Assembly (NCBI GenBank): GCA_010909165.1
Contig: MU008211.1
Span: forward strand, 186,001-250,000
Source of the DNA: Anthoceros angustus
Taxonomy: Eukaryota; Plantae; Anthocerotophyta
Reading direction: 5' to 3'
Length of the DNA stretch: 64,000 bases
Shown here in pieces: positions 1 through 12,200 of the stretch. Below the pieces are notes generated by a model, which saw nothing but the letters and a program-made list of their open reading frames with translations, was not told where the DNA came from and searched no databases. The translations under genes and the position numbers were made by a program. Within the stretch, counting starts at the first letter, position 1. Every line of letters starts with the position of its first letter.

Positions 1-179
1 CCGGAAGTCCAAGATGAACATGAGGTTAGAAGCAAGTCCATCCCACCGCGCCTAAGCGCAGGAGGGGCGTTCAAAGGGATAAAGAACAAGCGAAGGATTG
101 CCAAAAAATTGCGGTCTGGATGTCGAGGTTGACAATGATCGACATGCGTAAGAACTCGAACATGAGCATGATCTAAACC

Positions 180-2530
180 GATTCGAACAAGAATTAGTGC
201 TGAATATGCTAGAAGCCCAAGATGAAGATGAGGTTATCCGCCTCAGTCGATGATCATGTTGCTCGGAACCGGTTGGTTTGACCAATATGTTGCCAAAATT
301 AGATCTGCACGATCTCTAGGGCGCAGAGAGCAAATAGAGGCAATGAATCGGCGAGTCCACATGGAGCTGCCGCATGTCCCAAAGCGCCAAAAATGCGGAC
401 AGGATGCAAGGACGGAGCACCCGTTGGCGTCAAAGCTTCTCCGTTTATGATCTTGTATTGTGTAGCGGTCGGGGTTTAATTCTTATGGAGTCGCCATGGG
501 TGGGGAAAGTCGTCTTGTTGAGACTAACCTAGTGATTATAAAACATGTATTTGAGTGTCTAAAGGTACTAAACCCCGGATAGCCACCATGTTTTAGGGTC
601 TAGACTATCCTTTTCTTTTGTTTCAATAAATCAAAAACTTTTAGTTTAATTCAATGCATCTCCAAGATTCGTCTAAAAGCGGTATGAAACCACTACCCAT
701 CATTCTCCTCCTCCTCCCTCCATGCCGAGCCAACCAGCCGAAACAAACTGGATGATGTCGAGGTTGACAATGATCGACATGCGTAAGAACTCGAACATGA
801 GCATGATCTAAACCGATTGAACAAGAATTAGTGCTGAATATGCTAGAAGCCCAAGATGAAGATGAGGTTATCCGCCTCGGTCGATGATCATGTTGCTCGG
901 AACCGGTTGGTTTGACCAATATGTTGCCAAAATTAGATGCACACGATCTCTAGGCGCAGAGAGCAAATAGAGGCAATGAATCGGCGAGTCCACATGGAGC
1001 TGCCGCATGTCCCAAAGCGCCAAAAATGACGATGCAAGGACGGAGCACCCGTTGGCGTCCAAAGCTTCTCCCGTTTATGATCTTGTATTGTGTAGCGGTC
1101 AAGGTTTAATTCTTATGGAGTCGCCATGGCTGGAAAGTCGTCTTGTTGAGACTAACCTAGTGATTATAAAACATGTATTTGAGTGTCTAAAGGTACTAAA
1201 CCCCGGGATAGCCACCATGTTTTAGGGTCTAGACTATCCTTTTCTTTTGTTTCAATAAATCAAAAACTTTTAGTTTAATTCAATGCATCTCCAAGATTAG
1301 GTCTAAAAGCGGTATGAAACCACTACCCATCATTCTCCTCCTCCTCCCTCCATGCCGAGCCAACCAGAAAAACAAACGATGATGAGCACGCCCCTCAAAA
1401 CATGGTTCAGGTAGTCCACACCATCAAATGAGGTTTTTCAACCTGCGCTTCAACCACACTACTCCATTCTTGCGGCAAGGCGGCAGATCGCACCTTGCAA
1501 ATTAGCTCACCATCAGCCACACGCCTGCCGAGCAATCCAAACAATACACGTCTTTCACACATTGATATGATCATGAGCTCATAATTGGGTTGTGAGTTGC
1601 AGCTTCCAATCCTCATAGCCCTCGCTGCGCTCCAAGCTGATGCGCGCCTTGTCACTATGCAGGCATGGGCAACTACACTCGTGAATGAGATGCCTCCTAT
1701 TGCTGGGTGTTCCCACTCCCTTGGTTTGAAAGATACCACGCTTGTGGCTTAGGTAATTTTACGCTCCTTCAATAGGATAAATGAAGTATCAAGGTAGGTG
1801 AGCTTAACCCGTAACGCCGATCGCGAAGAGTGGTGTCGTCCATTTCTAATGAGATTTCGTTTTACTCAACTTCATATTTGTTGATATTATCATGTATTTC
1901 ATAAATGAGGACCATGACAATTACCAGCACCCATTCCTCTATCCGTTGATGTGCACATTACCGGTTTCCACATCTTCTTCCATATGGAACGTTGTATGAG
2001 TTAACGGTGCACCCGTTCCTTGGATTTCTCCTCCATTGGTTCACTATCAAGGCTAGCACTATATGCGTATCGCGGATCCGGACTTGTCCAAGATCAATGG
2101 GGCAAACAAGCTCGCGTTTGGCTTTTCAAGCTTTTATTAGATCTAGACATGGAGGCCAACTTGTACCGGATCAACTACTTATCACAATTATGAAAGCGAG
2201 GAGGAAGGAAGGATTGTTCCTTGGTCCTCAAAATTCCATACCTCATAATTGAAGGAAACTCAAGGATCGTTCGTGGTCCTCAAAATTCCATACCTCATAA
2301 TTGAAGGAAACTCAAGGATCGTTCCTTGGTCCTCGAAATACCCAATAGTGTAGCTCGACTATAGATGTCCCTCGAGATACCCAATAGTGTAGCTCGACTA
2401 CATATGTCCTCGAAATACCCAATAATGTAGCTCGACTATATATGTACTTCTTCGCCACTTCCACCTTCCAATTCACTTTTAGTTCCTCGGTCCTAAACCC
2501 TTATGTCAGGTCATAGGCGCTCGAGATTGC
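180..2530. repeat. Unclassified repeat block B (TE-derived?), with an internal ~660 bp tandem duplication; second copy at ~31060-32730
   Basis: Sequence from 'gaacaagaattagtgctgaatatgctagaagcccaag' to 'gtcataggcgctcgag' recurs in direct orientation at ~31060-32725. ~110-720 is repeated at ~750-1380. No domain recognised. Confidence 0.75.
2218..2445. repeat. Minisatellite: 2x ~53 bp followed by 3x ~39 bp
   Basis: 'ggtcctcaaaattccatacctcataattgaaggaaactcaaggatcg' x2, then 'gtcctcgaaatacccaatagtgtagctcgacta' x3. The same array is at ~32450-32655. Confidence 0.85.
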
Positions 2531-2639
2531 AGATTGATAAAAGTAAAAGTACACTCACTCCACGCAAGAGCTGTTGAAATTGCTAATGAACCACAACTCG
2601 CGTTGTCCGAATTGGTTCCCGTAAACCAAGCTAGTGAAA

Positions 2640-5600
2640 ACCCCGGGGCTTCCGAGATCCTCCCACTCTAGCGGCCACACTTATCCCACTGTCGCTTCGT
2701 ACATTGGGTTTCGTCCCATGAGACTTGTGTGAAAGTTCGAGGCCTTGCGATGGTCGATCGCTACCTGCAGAGACACAACTTCTCAGCCTTCTAAACGAGC
2801 AAGGCGCCCTCTACTCACCCTCTTACAGTGCACTTGCAGCTTGCTCGAAAACTACCAATCCTCGACCTACAGACACACACAATTGCGGTCTTGCGTTAGC
2901 GGCGAGCCTATCACGGCGCCCAGGACCCCTGATCCACACCGCAATTTCGTCCCTACTTCTAAGACCACTCTTCTCCACTCGGGGCTCTTTTTACTTGCAG
3001 TTGGGATTCGTCCCTTAGGCTCTGTGGCCTTCCACTAACACCTACACTCTAATCCTCTACTCATCTCCTCATCCTCTTCCTCCTATTCTAACCTCGATTC
3101 GGGCTTCTTGACTCGCCCCTTACGGCTGGGCAGGTCGGCCTCCACCGGCAAGTTCTTCCTTGGGCGGTTGCTATGAGTTTGACACCACGGCGAGAACCTC
3201 GAGTCTTTCCTGGGTCTACCCTCAAGCCGAGTTCACAGGCATTGCCACACACCCAAAGCAAAGCAATTTCACAGCAACCATTCACAAGGGCAACTCGTTT
3301 AGGCACTTGCAGAGCAAGTCCTCCACCAACACTCACCATGACTTCCTCTCTACGGACTGCGTTGGCTCACGGCCCGGCGAAATTCCTCTGTAATGGCAAA
3401 GGACTCGATGAGGTGGGCGCAAGACATGATACTTTACTTTGTGAAATCCTCCTCCTCTTATAGGAGGCCTTCCACATACAACCTCCCTTAGGTGACCCTC
3501 TGCGGTCACCTTTTCCAATATTCTATTATTTCCTACACTTGACATTTAATGCACGGCACCTAAGTCTATGCGATTGGTAAATTCTATTCTAGCAACTTCA
3601 CCTAAGATCATCCTTAAGGATGTCACCACTCACCTATCCTTCTATTCCTCTAGCATTTATGGTCTTTGACCATATCTAGTCTTCACCTCTTGGGTAGGGC
3701 AGCGTTGTGGATTGGCTCCCTCGCCCTCCTTTTGCTCTTGCCCTTCCCAGCCTTTGTCATCTTCCTAATGTGGGCAAGTACAATCTTGCCCTTCCTCCAT
3801 CTCACCAGGCGCCCAATTCCTCTGGTCCTCCGGCAATCGCGCCCCTCCGCCTTCGCCTTTTCCTTGCTTTTCGTGGTAGTCAGCGGACTAGGGGTGTGAC
3901 TACCTACCATGGTAGTCCGATCCTTCTCCTTCTTCCTTCTTCCTTCCTCCGGCCATGTCTTGGGTGGACATCTTGGTGATATCCTACTTCTTGGGCCTTT
4001 TTGCATCAACTCTTCTCTCCACAGCCTGGCTCTTTATCGGGGTGAGGGGGTTCCTCCTCCCCCTCCCAGGTGGACCCCGTCCTTAGTCTCCGGTGGGGTT
4101 GTCTCCCCCACCTCCTCTCTCCCGGGGGTATGTCTTTCACGGCTCCTTCTCCGGCTCCGGCGGCTCCAAGCCCCAGCGTGCACTTCCCCGTGATCAGCGG
4201 ACTACGGTGTGTTGTCTGCGGTAGTCTGGCGGACTACGGTAGGGTCACCCGTGGTAGGTGACCCCGAGGCTGTCCCCTCCTTGCTCTCACGCCATCTTCG
4301 CTCCACGGCGTCTCTTCTCACCGACTCCTCAGTTCCTCGAGTCCATTTTTGATGGCCTCATCAAAATCGAGGCCCTGGCTTACTGTTGCGGCTCCTTCTG
4401 TCATCATCATGAGGACCCAATGTCCTCCTCTTGGCCAAGTAAGACTTCATTGTTGGCCTTCAAAATCTGTTGTGGAGGTGAGCCCCAAGCTGTAATGCAT
4501 TTGGAGATCATCAATCTCAGTGGGCCACTCTCCATCCTCACACCTACCCTTGTAGGCATCTCTTGTGGTCAATTCTCCCACCTTCACATGGAGGTTACAT
4601 TCTCCTCCTCCTCACTTCCTTTGGTTGGCCAATTTTGCACGAAGGGCATAATGCCAAAATCGCCTCTTCCTCACCACCAAGATCCTGCACCACCTTCTTG
4701 TGCTCCTCCTCTGGGACCTCCTTTGTTCCAGGTCACATTTGCTTGGCAAGCCCTTCCTTCCGCTTGCCAAGCACCCTTTCCGCTCTCCTTGCTCTGGTCT
4801 TGTGCTCCGCTCGCCTCTTCCATCCTTCAATTCTCTTCCATGTCCGGATTTTGATGGCTTGAGTAGCCATCACTGCTCATGTCGTCCACTTGAGTGCTAC
4901 CTTCTCCTTCCTAGAGCCTCCCTTGCCCTTCCTCTTGCTCTAATTGGGCAAAATGCTCCTCGCCTTTTTGCCTCCAATCCTTTGGGTTGTGAATGGCTCT
5001 TCTTGTGACAACCTTCCTCGGGACCTTCTCCGTGATCCACAAGGTGTTGGAGCTCTCTGACCAGCGGCTGCCTTTTCATCGGACTCCATGGCTTCCAACT
5101 TGGTCCTGCCTTCCTCCGGCCATGTCTTGGGCTTTCACTTCCTCTTGGCATGCCCACAAGGAGGCTGCTGGTCCTAGCCCCTTCAAATCCACATGGTGAG
5201 TGCTTCACAAGCACTCTCCTCTTGGAACCTCCTTTGTTCTTGAAATCTCCAGCTCCTTGCTCACGGGGCCATCACGGCGTGGCCAGGTCCCTCACGTCGC
5301 TCCATCCGCTCTCCTCCTCCAGCGCGGAGATGGTGGCCTCGGCGCCCCGCGGCGCTTTGCTTCTCTTCCCTTCCCTCCCGTGGCTGCTTTCTGGCGTGGG
5401 GTGCCCTCAGCGGTGGTGCTCCCCCTGATGTACCGCCTACCCTCTGGTGGTGGTGGCGCCTACGGTGATGCCCACCCTTGGGTGGCGCCTCCCCCACAGG
5501 TGTGTGCCTCTCTGTAGGCACAAGGAGATGGTGGGGACTCCCCACCCTTGGGGCTGTCACCCCTCCTGTGGTAGTCCTCCTCTCATAGACTACCATTCGG

Positions 5601-8600
5601 CCTTCCTCGGCGGTTCTCCTCTCCTCTTTTCTTGCTCTGTGGGGAAAAGATTCCCACTCGGCAACCTTGTTGCCTCACATCCTCCCTTGCTTCTAGCATG
5701 CTTGTGGAGTCGACCTCCCATCTTCCTCAATGCAAAGGCAAGGCCTTTCCAAGCTTGGCTGGAGATGGATTATCTCAAAGGATGCCATGCATCTTCAACT
5801 CCTTGCTTGTGAGAAGTCCTCGGTTTCCCACAAATGCACCAAATAGGTGCTAAGGTAGCGAGGGCCTTGGCCTTCCTCATCCACAATTTGGCTTGAGGAG
5901 CTTCTCGGTGGTGGATGTAGGCCTCATACATGATGGTCCCCAATCGGCTTGGCTCCCATGGAAATCTTCCACAAAATTGGAGGAAGTTGGTCTTTGAAAT
6001 AAAGTCGTTGGTAATTTACCAACACAATCTTTGCGAAGAGCCTCCACTTGACTCCTTGATGCTCTCTTCCAGCCATTCTTGGCGTGGGCCTTCCTCCTCC
6101 ATCCATCATGTCAGGAACTCTGCGGAATGTCGGAGATGTCCTCTTCCCTCCATTGACCTTTCGAGAGAGCAATTCGAGCTCTCTTCCTCCGGTCTCCCAT
6201 ACACATCGAATGCTCCTTCGGTCCAAGCGAGGATCCGTTCGAGCATTCCTTTTTGCGGCGGGGCTGCCTCATTGATGGAGGTTGATGTAACACTCCTCAA
6301 TCAATTCCAAATTGGTGTAGGCCCATTGGCGGCCATACACCCATCAGTGGATGTTCTCCTCCCTTGCTGCAGAAATCAACTAAATCACGGGGTTGAGCTG
6401 CCACAAAACACGTGAATTGGGGCATTACAAGCTCACCCCTGCCTACTGCTGCCGCCTTCTTTCCTTTCCTCCTCGAGGAAGCCCTTGCGGTGGCTCCTTC
6501 CCCTTTCGAGGCATGGCACCTTCCTTACTTCAAGGAATTACTTCCAATTCAAGCGTTGTGTGCTCCAACTTCACTCCCAACACTCCTTCCTTGTCACTGG
6601 GCAACACCCACACGAGGCAATCGTTAGCCACAGTCGCCTTCCTCCGCCTTCCTCCTCGAGGCATGGCACCTTCCTTCTCCTTCCTCACCGCCTTCACGCC
6701 TTGCTCCCCAGCTCCTCTCCTCTTCTCCTCCTTCTTGGCGTGCTTCTCACTTCGCGGCGCTTGTCGGCTTCGGATGTCTTCCTCCCGCTCCTTCGCTCGC
6801 GCTCTTCTCCTTCTCGGTGGTGGATGTAGGCCTCATACATGATGGTCCCCAATCGGCTTGGCTCCCATGAAATCTTCCACAAAATTGGAGGAAGTTGGTC
6901 TTTGAAATAAAGTCGTTGGTAATTTACCAACACAATCTTTGAAGAGCCTCCACTTGACTCCTTGATGCTCTCTTCCAGCCATTCTTGGCGTGGGCCTTCA
7001 CTCCTCCATCCATCATGTCAGGAACTCTGCGGAATGTCGGGGTCCTCTTCCCTCCATTCGACCTTTCGAGAGAGCAATTCGAGCTCTTCCTCCGGTCTCC
7101 CGTCGAATGCTCCTTACGGTCCAAGCGAGGATCCGTTCGAGCATTCCTTCTCGTGCACTTCGATTGATGGAGGTTGATGAAGCACTCCTCAATCAATTCC
7201 AAATTAATGTAGGCCCATTGGCGGCCATACACCCATCCCAATTGGATGTTATCCTCCTCCCTTGCTGCAGAAATCAACTAAATCACGGGGTTGAGCTGCC
7301 ACAAAACACGTGAATTGGGGCATTACAAGCTCACCCCTGCCTACTGCTGCCGCCTTCTTTCCTTCCTCCTCGAGGAAGCCCTTGCGGTGGCTCCTTCCCT
7401 TGCCTTTCCTCGAGGCATGGCACCTTCCTTACTTCAAGGAATTACTTCCAATTCAAGCGTTGTGTGCTCCAACTTCACTCCTCCATCCATCATGTCGAGG
7501 AACTCTGCGGAATGTCGGAGAGGTCCTCTTCCCTCCATTGACCTTTCGAGGGAGCAATTCAGCTCTCTTCCTCCGGTCTCCCATACACATCGAATGCTCC
7601 TTACGGTCCAGCGAGGATCCGTTCGAGCATTCCTTAGCGGCTTCCGATTGATGGAGGTTGATGTAACACTCCTCAATCAATTCCAAATTGGTGTAGGCCC
7701 ATTGGCCATACACCCATCCCAATTGGATGTTATCCTCCTCCGCCTTTTGAAAATCAACCAAATCACGGGGTTGAGCTGCCAAAAAAAAGTGAATTGGGGC
7801 ATCGCTCACCTCCCGGCGGCCTGCTGCCGCCTTCTTTCCTTCCTCCTCGAGGAAGCCCTTGGCGGCTCCTTCCCTTGCCTTTCCCAGGCATGGCACCTTT
7901 CCAAAGAATTACTTCCAATTCAAGCGTTGTGTGCTCCAACTTCACTCAACACTCCTTCCTTGTCACTGGGCAACACCCACACGAGGCAATCGTTAGCCAC
8001 AGTCGCCTTCCTTCTCCTTCCTCCTCGAGGCATGGCACCTTCCTTCTCCTTCCTCACCCGCCTTCACGCCTTGCTCCCCAGCTCCTCTCCTTCTCCTTCC
8101 TTCTCCTTCTTGGCGTGCTTCTCACTTCGCGGCGCTTGTCGGCTTCGGATGTCTTCCTCCCGCTCCTTCGCTCGCGCTCCTTCTCCTTCTCGGTGGTCTT
8201 CCTCTTCGATGGCGGCGGCTGATGGCGATGGCGGCTCCTTCCCTTGCCTTTCCTCCTCGAGGCATGGCACCTTCCTTCTCCAAAGGAAGGAATTACTTCC
8301 AATTCAAGCGTTGTGTGCTCCAAAGCTTCACTCAACACTCCTTCCTTGTCCTGGCAACACCCCCCGAGGCACAAGCACGTTAGCCCCGGTTGAATCTCCG
8401 GCCGCAATTTCCTTCGCGATTTCTCCTCCGTGGCAAGGCGCGTCGTGGAGCTCCTTCCGCCACCTTCACTCTTCACGCCTTGTGCCACGCTCAGCTCCTC
8501 CTCGCCTCTCCTTCTCCTCCTCGCGAGGAAGCCCTTGGCGGCTCCTTCCTCGCTCGTCGATGTCTTCTCCTCCTCGCCACGCCTTCTAGGGTTCCTTCTC

Positions 8601-9189
8601 CTTCCTTGCCTCTTCTGGGCGCTGATGATGGCCCTTCTCCTCCTTTCCTTCTCCTTGTTTCTCCGGCTCGGTCTCGCGAAGTGAAGTTGGCTCGATTCGA
8701 AGGAGTTGGCGCTGCCCTTGCCTCTTTTGGATGCACCACCGGAGCAACCCTAGATTGGTTCATCCTAAATTCCTAAATCTAATTACCTATTTTCCTATCC
8801 ATCCTAATTATCCTTCTAATTAATCTATATATTTATTCCCTATTGGTGAGCATATATAGTGGATATCCCCCTTATTCTAATTTCCTTTTTGGCGAGATTT
8901 GGACCTAGTATGTACGCGACTTACCGATGATACTTCCTTCACCTAGGCGTGGTGTGGCGACCTACGGTGAGTCGACCTACCAACCTTTCGTGCCCTCCAC
9001 CTAAATGGGGTCGTTTTGACCCGTTCTTCTTCACGGATATCCTCTTTGCCTTCCTAACAATATCCTACAACTCCGACTTCAAGATTCTCGGAAAATTTCT
9101 TGGCATGCTCCTCTTCAATCGTTCTAGCCAAAAAAATCAAACTTGTTGTCTTGGCTCTTTTGGGTGGTTGCCCAAACTTTTCGTTCACA
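2640..9189 (-). mobile_element. 3' LTR of gypsy element G1 (very long, internally duplicated and scrambled)
   Basis: 2650-3935 matches the PBS-adjacent LTR at 29761-31055. The right end '...cgttcaca' at 9189 abuts a polypurine tract. The left terminus is diverged, so the boundary is approximate. Confidence 0.6.
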
Positions 9190-9202
9190 TACTCCCCACC
9201 TC
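9190..9202 (-). promoter_or_regulatory. Polypurine tract of gypsy G1 (GAGGTGGGGAGTA); duplicated at ~11058 and ~12901
   Basis: 'tactccccacctc' lies directly right of the LTR end, downstream of integrase on the minus strand. Confidence 0.7.
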
Positions 9203-12200
9203 ACTGTTTGCGTCCTCGCAAACAATACTCGGGTTGAAGGTACTTCTTGACCTTCCACCCATTCCTCTGGTTGGCAACAATTGCCAGTTGCGGATCCATT
9301 CTCGTATCTGCTACCTCGTAGGTCCCATCCATCTCAATCTAAGCTTCCACAGGAAAGTCTAGGTACCTATCATATAGAAGAACCAAATCCCGTCCACGAT
9401 AGTCTCTTGCTTCCTCAACTTCCCATCATGCATCTTTTACGAGTTCACAGAATCCAGTTTCTTCTAAAGCATCCTCCCTCGTTCCTCTGCTCTATGAGCT
9501 TCTAGTCTAGCTACACTATCCTCTGATCATCGTTCATCCTCCATGATCCTGTAGGTAGGTACTTCAAATTCCACGGGCATCACGGAGACATGCCATATGT
9601 TAGATAATAAGGGGTCTTCTTGGTGGTTACCTTCTCCATGCGGTCTGTAGGCCCACAATCTTTGAAGAGCCTCCACTTGACTCCTTGATGCTCTCGGTCT
9701 TCCAGCCATTCTTGGCGTGGGCCTTCACTCCTCCATCCATCATGTCGAGGAACTCTGCGGAATGTCGGAGAGGCGTCCTCTTCCCTCCATTCGACCTTTC
9801 GAGGGAGCAATTCAGCTCTCTTCCTCGGTCTCCCATACACACAGCCGAATGCTCCGGTCCAGCGAGGATCCGTTCGAGCATTCCTTTTAGTGGCGGGGCC
9901 TCGATTGATGGAGGTTGATGAACACTCCTCAATCAATTCCAAATTGGTGTAGGCCCATTGGCGGCCATACACCCATCGGATGTTATCCTCCTCGCCTTTT
10001 GAAAATCAACCAAATCACGGGGTTGAGCTGCAAAACAGTGAATTGGGGCATTACAAGCTCACCCCACAGCGCGCCTCTGCTGCCTTCTTTCCTTCCTCCT
10101 CGCGAGGAAGCCCTTGGCGGCTCCTTCCCTTGCCTTTCCTCGAGGCATGGCACCTTCCTTCCAAGAGAATTACTTCCAATTCAAGCGTTGTGTGCTCCAA
10201 AGCTTCACTCAACACTCCTTCCTTGTCTAGCAACACAGCCCACGTTAGCCACAGTGCCTCCTGAATTTCCTTGATTTCTCTCAGGGCCGCCGGTGTGCGA
10301 GCTCCTTCCTTCTCCTTCTCCTTCTCCTTCTCCTTCCTTCTCCTCCTCGAGGAGAGCAATTCAGCTCTCTTCCAGCCATTCTTGGCGTGCTTCTCACTTG
10401 CGCGCTCCCTTGCTCTTCTTCCTCCGGTCTCCCATACACATCGAATGCTCCTCTTCTTCATGCGCGTCTTCCTCTTCTCCGGCGGCGGCGGCGATGGCGA
10501 TGGCGCTCTTCTCCTCCTTTCCTTCTCCTTCCTTCTCCTTCCTCCGGTCTCAGTGAGTTGGCTCTTCGAAGGAGTTGGCGCCAAAGCACTTTGCCTCTTT
10601 TGGATGCACACGGAGCCCAACCCTAGATTGGTTCATCATTCCAAAATCCTATTACCTATTTTCCTATCCTCTAATTAACCTTCTAATTAATCTATATATA
10701 TTTATTCCCTATTGGTGAGCATATATAGTGGATATCCCCTCTATTCTAATTTCCTTTTTTGAGATTGTCGATCGGTAGTCGCGACTTACCGCGTGATGCG
10801 CTTCCTTCTCGACCTACGTGGTGTGGCGACCTACGGTGATGCGACCTACCAACCTTTGTTGCCCTCACGCGCGCCTCGTCTGCGTCGTTTTGACCCGTTC
10901 TTCTTCTGGGATATCCTCTTTCTTCCTAACAATATCCTACAACTCCGACTTCAAGATTCTCGGAAAATTTCTTGGCATGCTCCTCTTCAATCGTTCTAGC
11001 CAAAAAAATCAAACTTGTTGTCTCTTTTGGGCTGGTTGCCCAAACTTTTCGTTCACATACTCCCCACCTCACTGTTTGCGTCCTCGCAAACAGCTCGGGT
11101 TGAAGGTACTTCTTGACCTTCCACCCATTCCTACTGGCAACAATTCGCCCAATACCGAGTTGCAGATCCATTCTCGTATCTGCTACCACCTCGTAGGTCC
11201 CATCCATCTCTAAGCTTCCTGGAAAGTCTAGGTATCGACTATCATATAGAAGAACCAAATCCCGTCCACGATAGTCTCTTGCTTCCTCAACCTCCCATCA
11301 TGCATCTTTTACGAGTTCTGAATCCGGCGTTTCTTCTAAAGCATCCTCCCTCGTTCCTCTGCTCTATGAAATTCTAGTCTAGCTACGACTATCCTCTCGG
11401 TCATCGTTCATCCTCCATGATCACAGTGGGTAGGTACTTCAAATTCCACGGGCATCACGGAGACATGCCATATGTTAGATAATAAGGGGTCTTCTTGGTG
11501 GTTACCTTCTCCATGATCTGTAAGCCCAGTCTTGAATGCAACTTAGCATCCCAATCATACATGTGTGTCACATTACCTTGGTGAGGATTGTGCCGGCAAC
11601 CCATTCGTCTTCTCCGTCAATCCATTGCCTTTGGGGTTGTAGAGTCGTCTTCGATGCGAATGTTGAAGTAGGTGGTTAGGGACTCAACGACGAGTTGAGG
11701 AAATGTGTCCCCGGTCGCTGACCAACTCTAAAGGACATCCGTACCTCGTTATGATGTTCTCGAATAAAAACTTTGCCACTGCGGTCGTCATCCTTCCGTT
11801 GCTTACTTCCACCATCTTGTACAATAATCCGTAGCCACCAAAATGTCTGCTTCCTTGTCCATTGCGTTGGTGGTTTGATTCTGATCGATTCCCCACTTCT
11901 CGAAGGTGCTAACGGTAAGATGTAGGTAAGAGGCCATTGTGTCGACAATGTAGGCCGCCCAACCCTCGACACGCATCACACCTCGGTGAACTCCCACATC
12001 CTTTTGCGCCGTAGCCCACGAAAAGCATTCAAAATCTTCTTAACGGTCACTGCGAATAGTGTCCACCTCTTACGCATGTAGTGCCTCTCGTGGCCAGTGA
12101 GCTTCTTCAACCTCGAGGCATCGATTTTATCGTCCGGACCTTGTTTACGGACACCGCCTCAAGCGTGGGCGAGGCTTTATGGAGAAAACAGCTCGCCTCC

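Noticed and set aside
1400-1740. YCLDC motif in block B suggesting a PLATZ/B-box fragment
   Set aside because: Only five residues match and the surrounding frame is broken; insufficient support.
2218-2445. Short direct repeats resembling a CRISPR array
   Set aside because: Units are contiguous with no unique spacers, there are no cas genes, and the context is eukaryotic TE; this is a minisatellite.
7291-8589. 432-aa plus-strand ORF
   Set aside because: Ser/Pro/Leu-rich read-through of pyrimidine-rich mosaic LTR repeats; no domain, and the coding-like signal is on the other strand.
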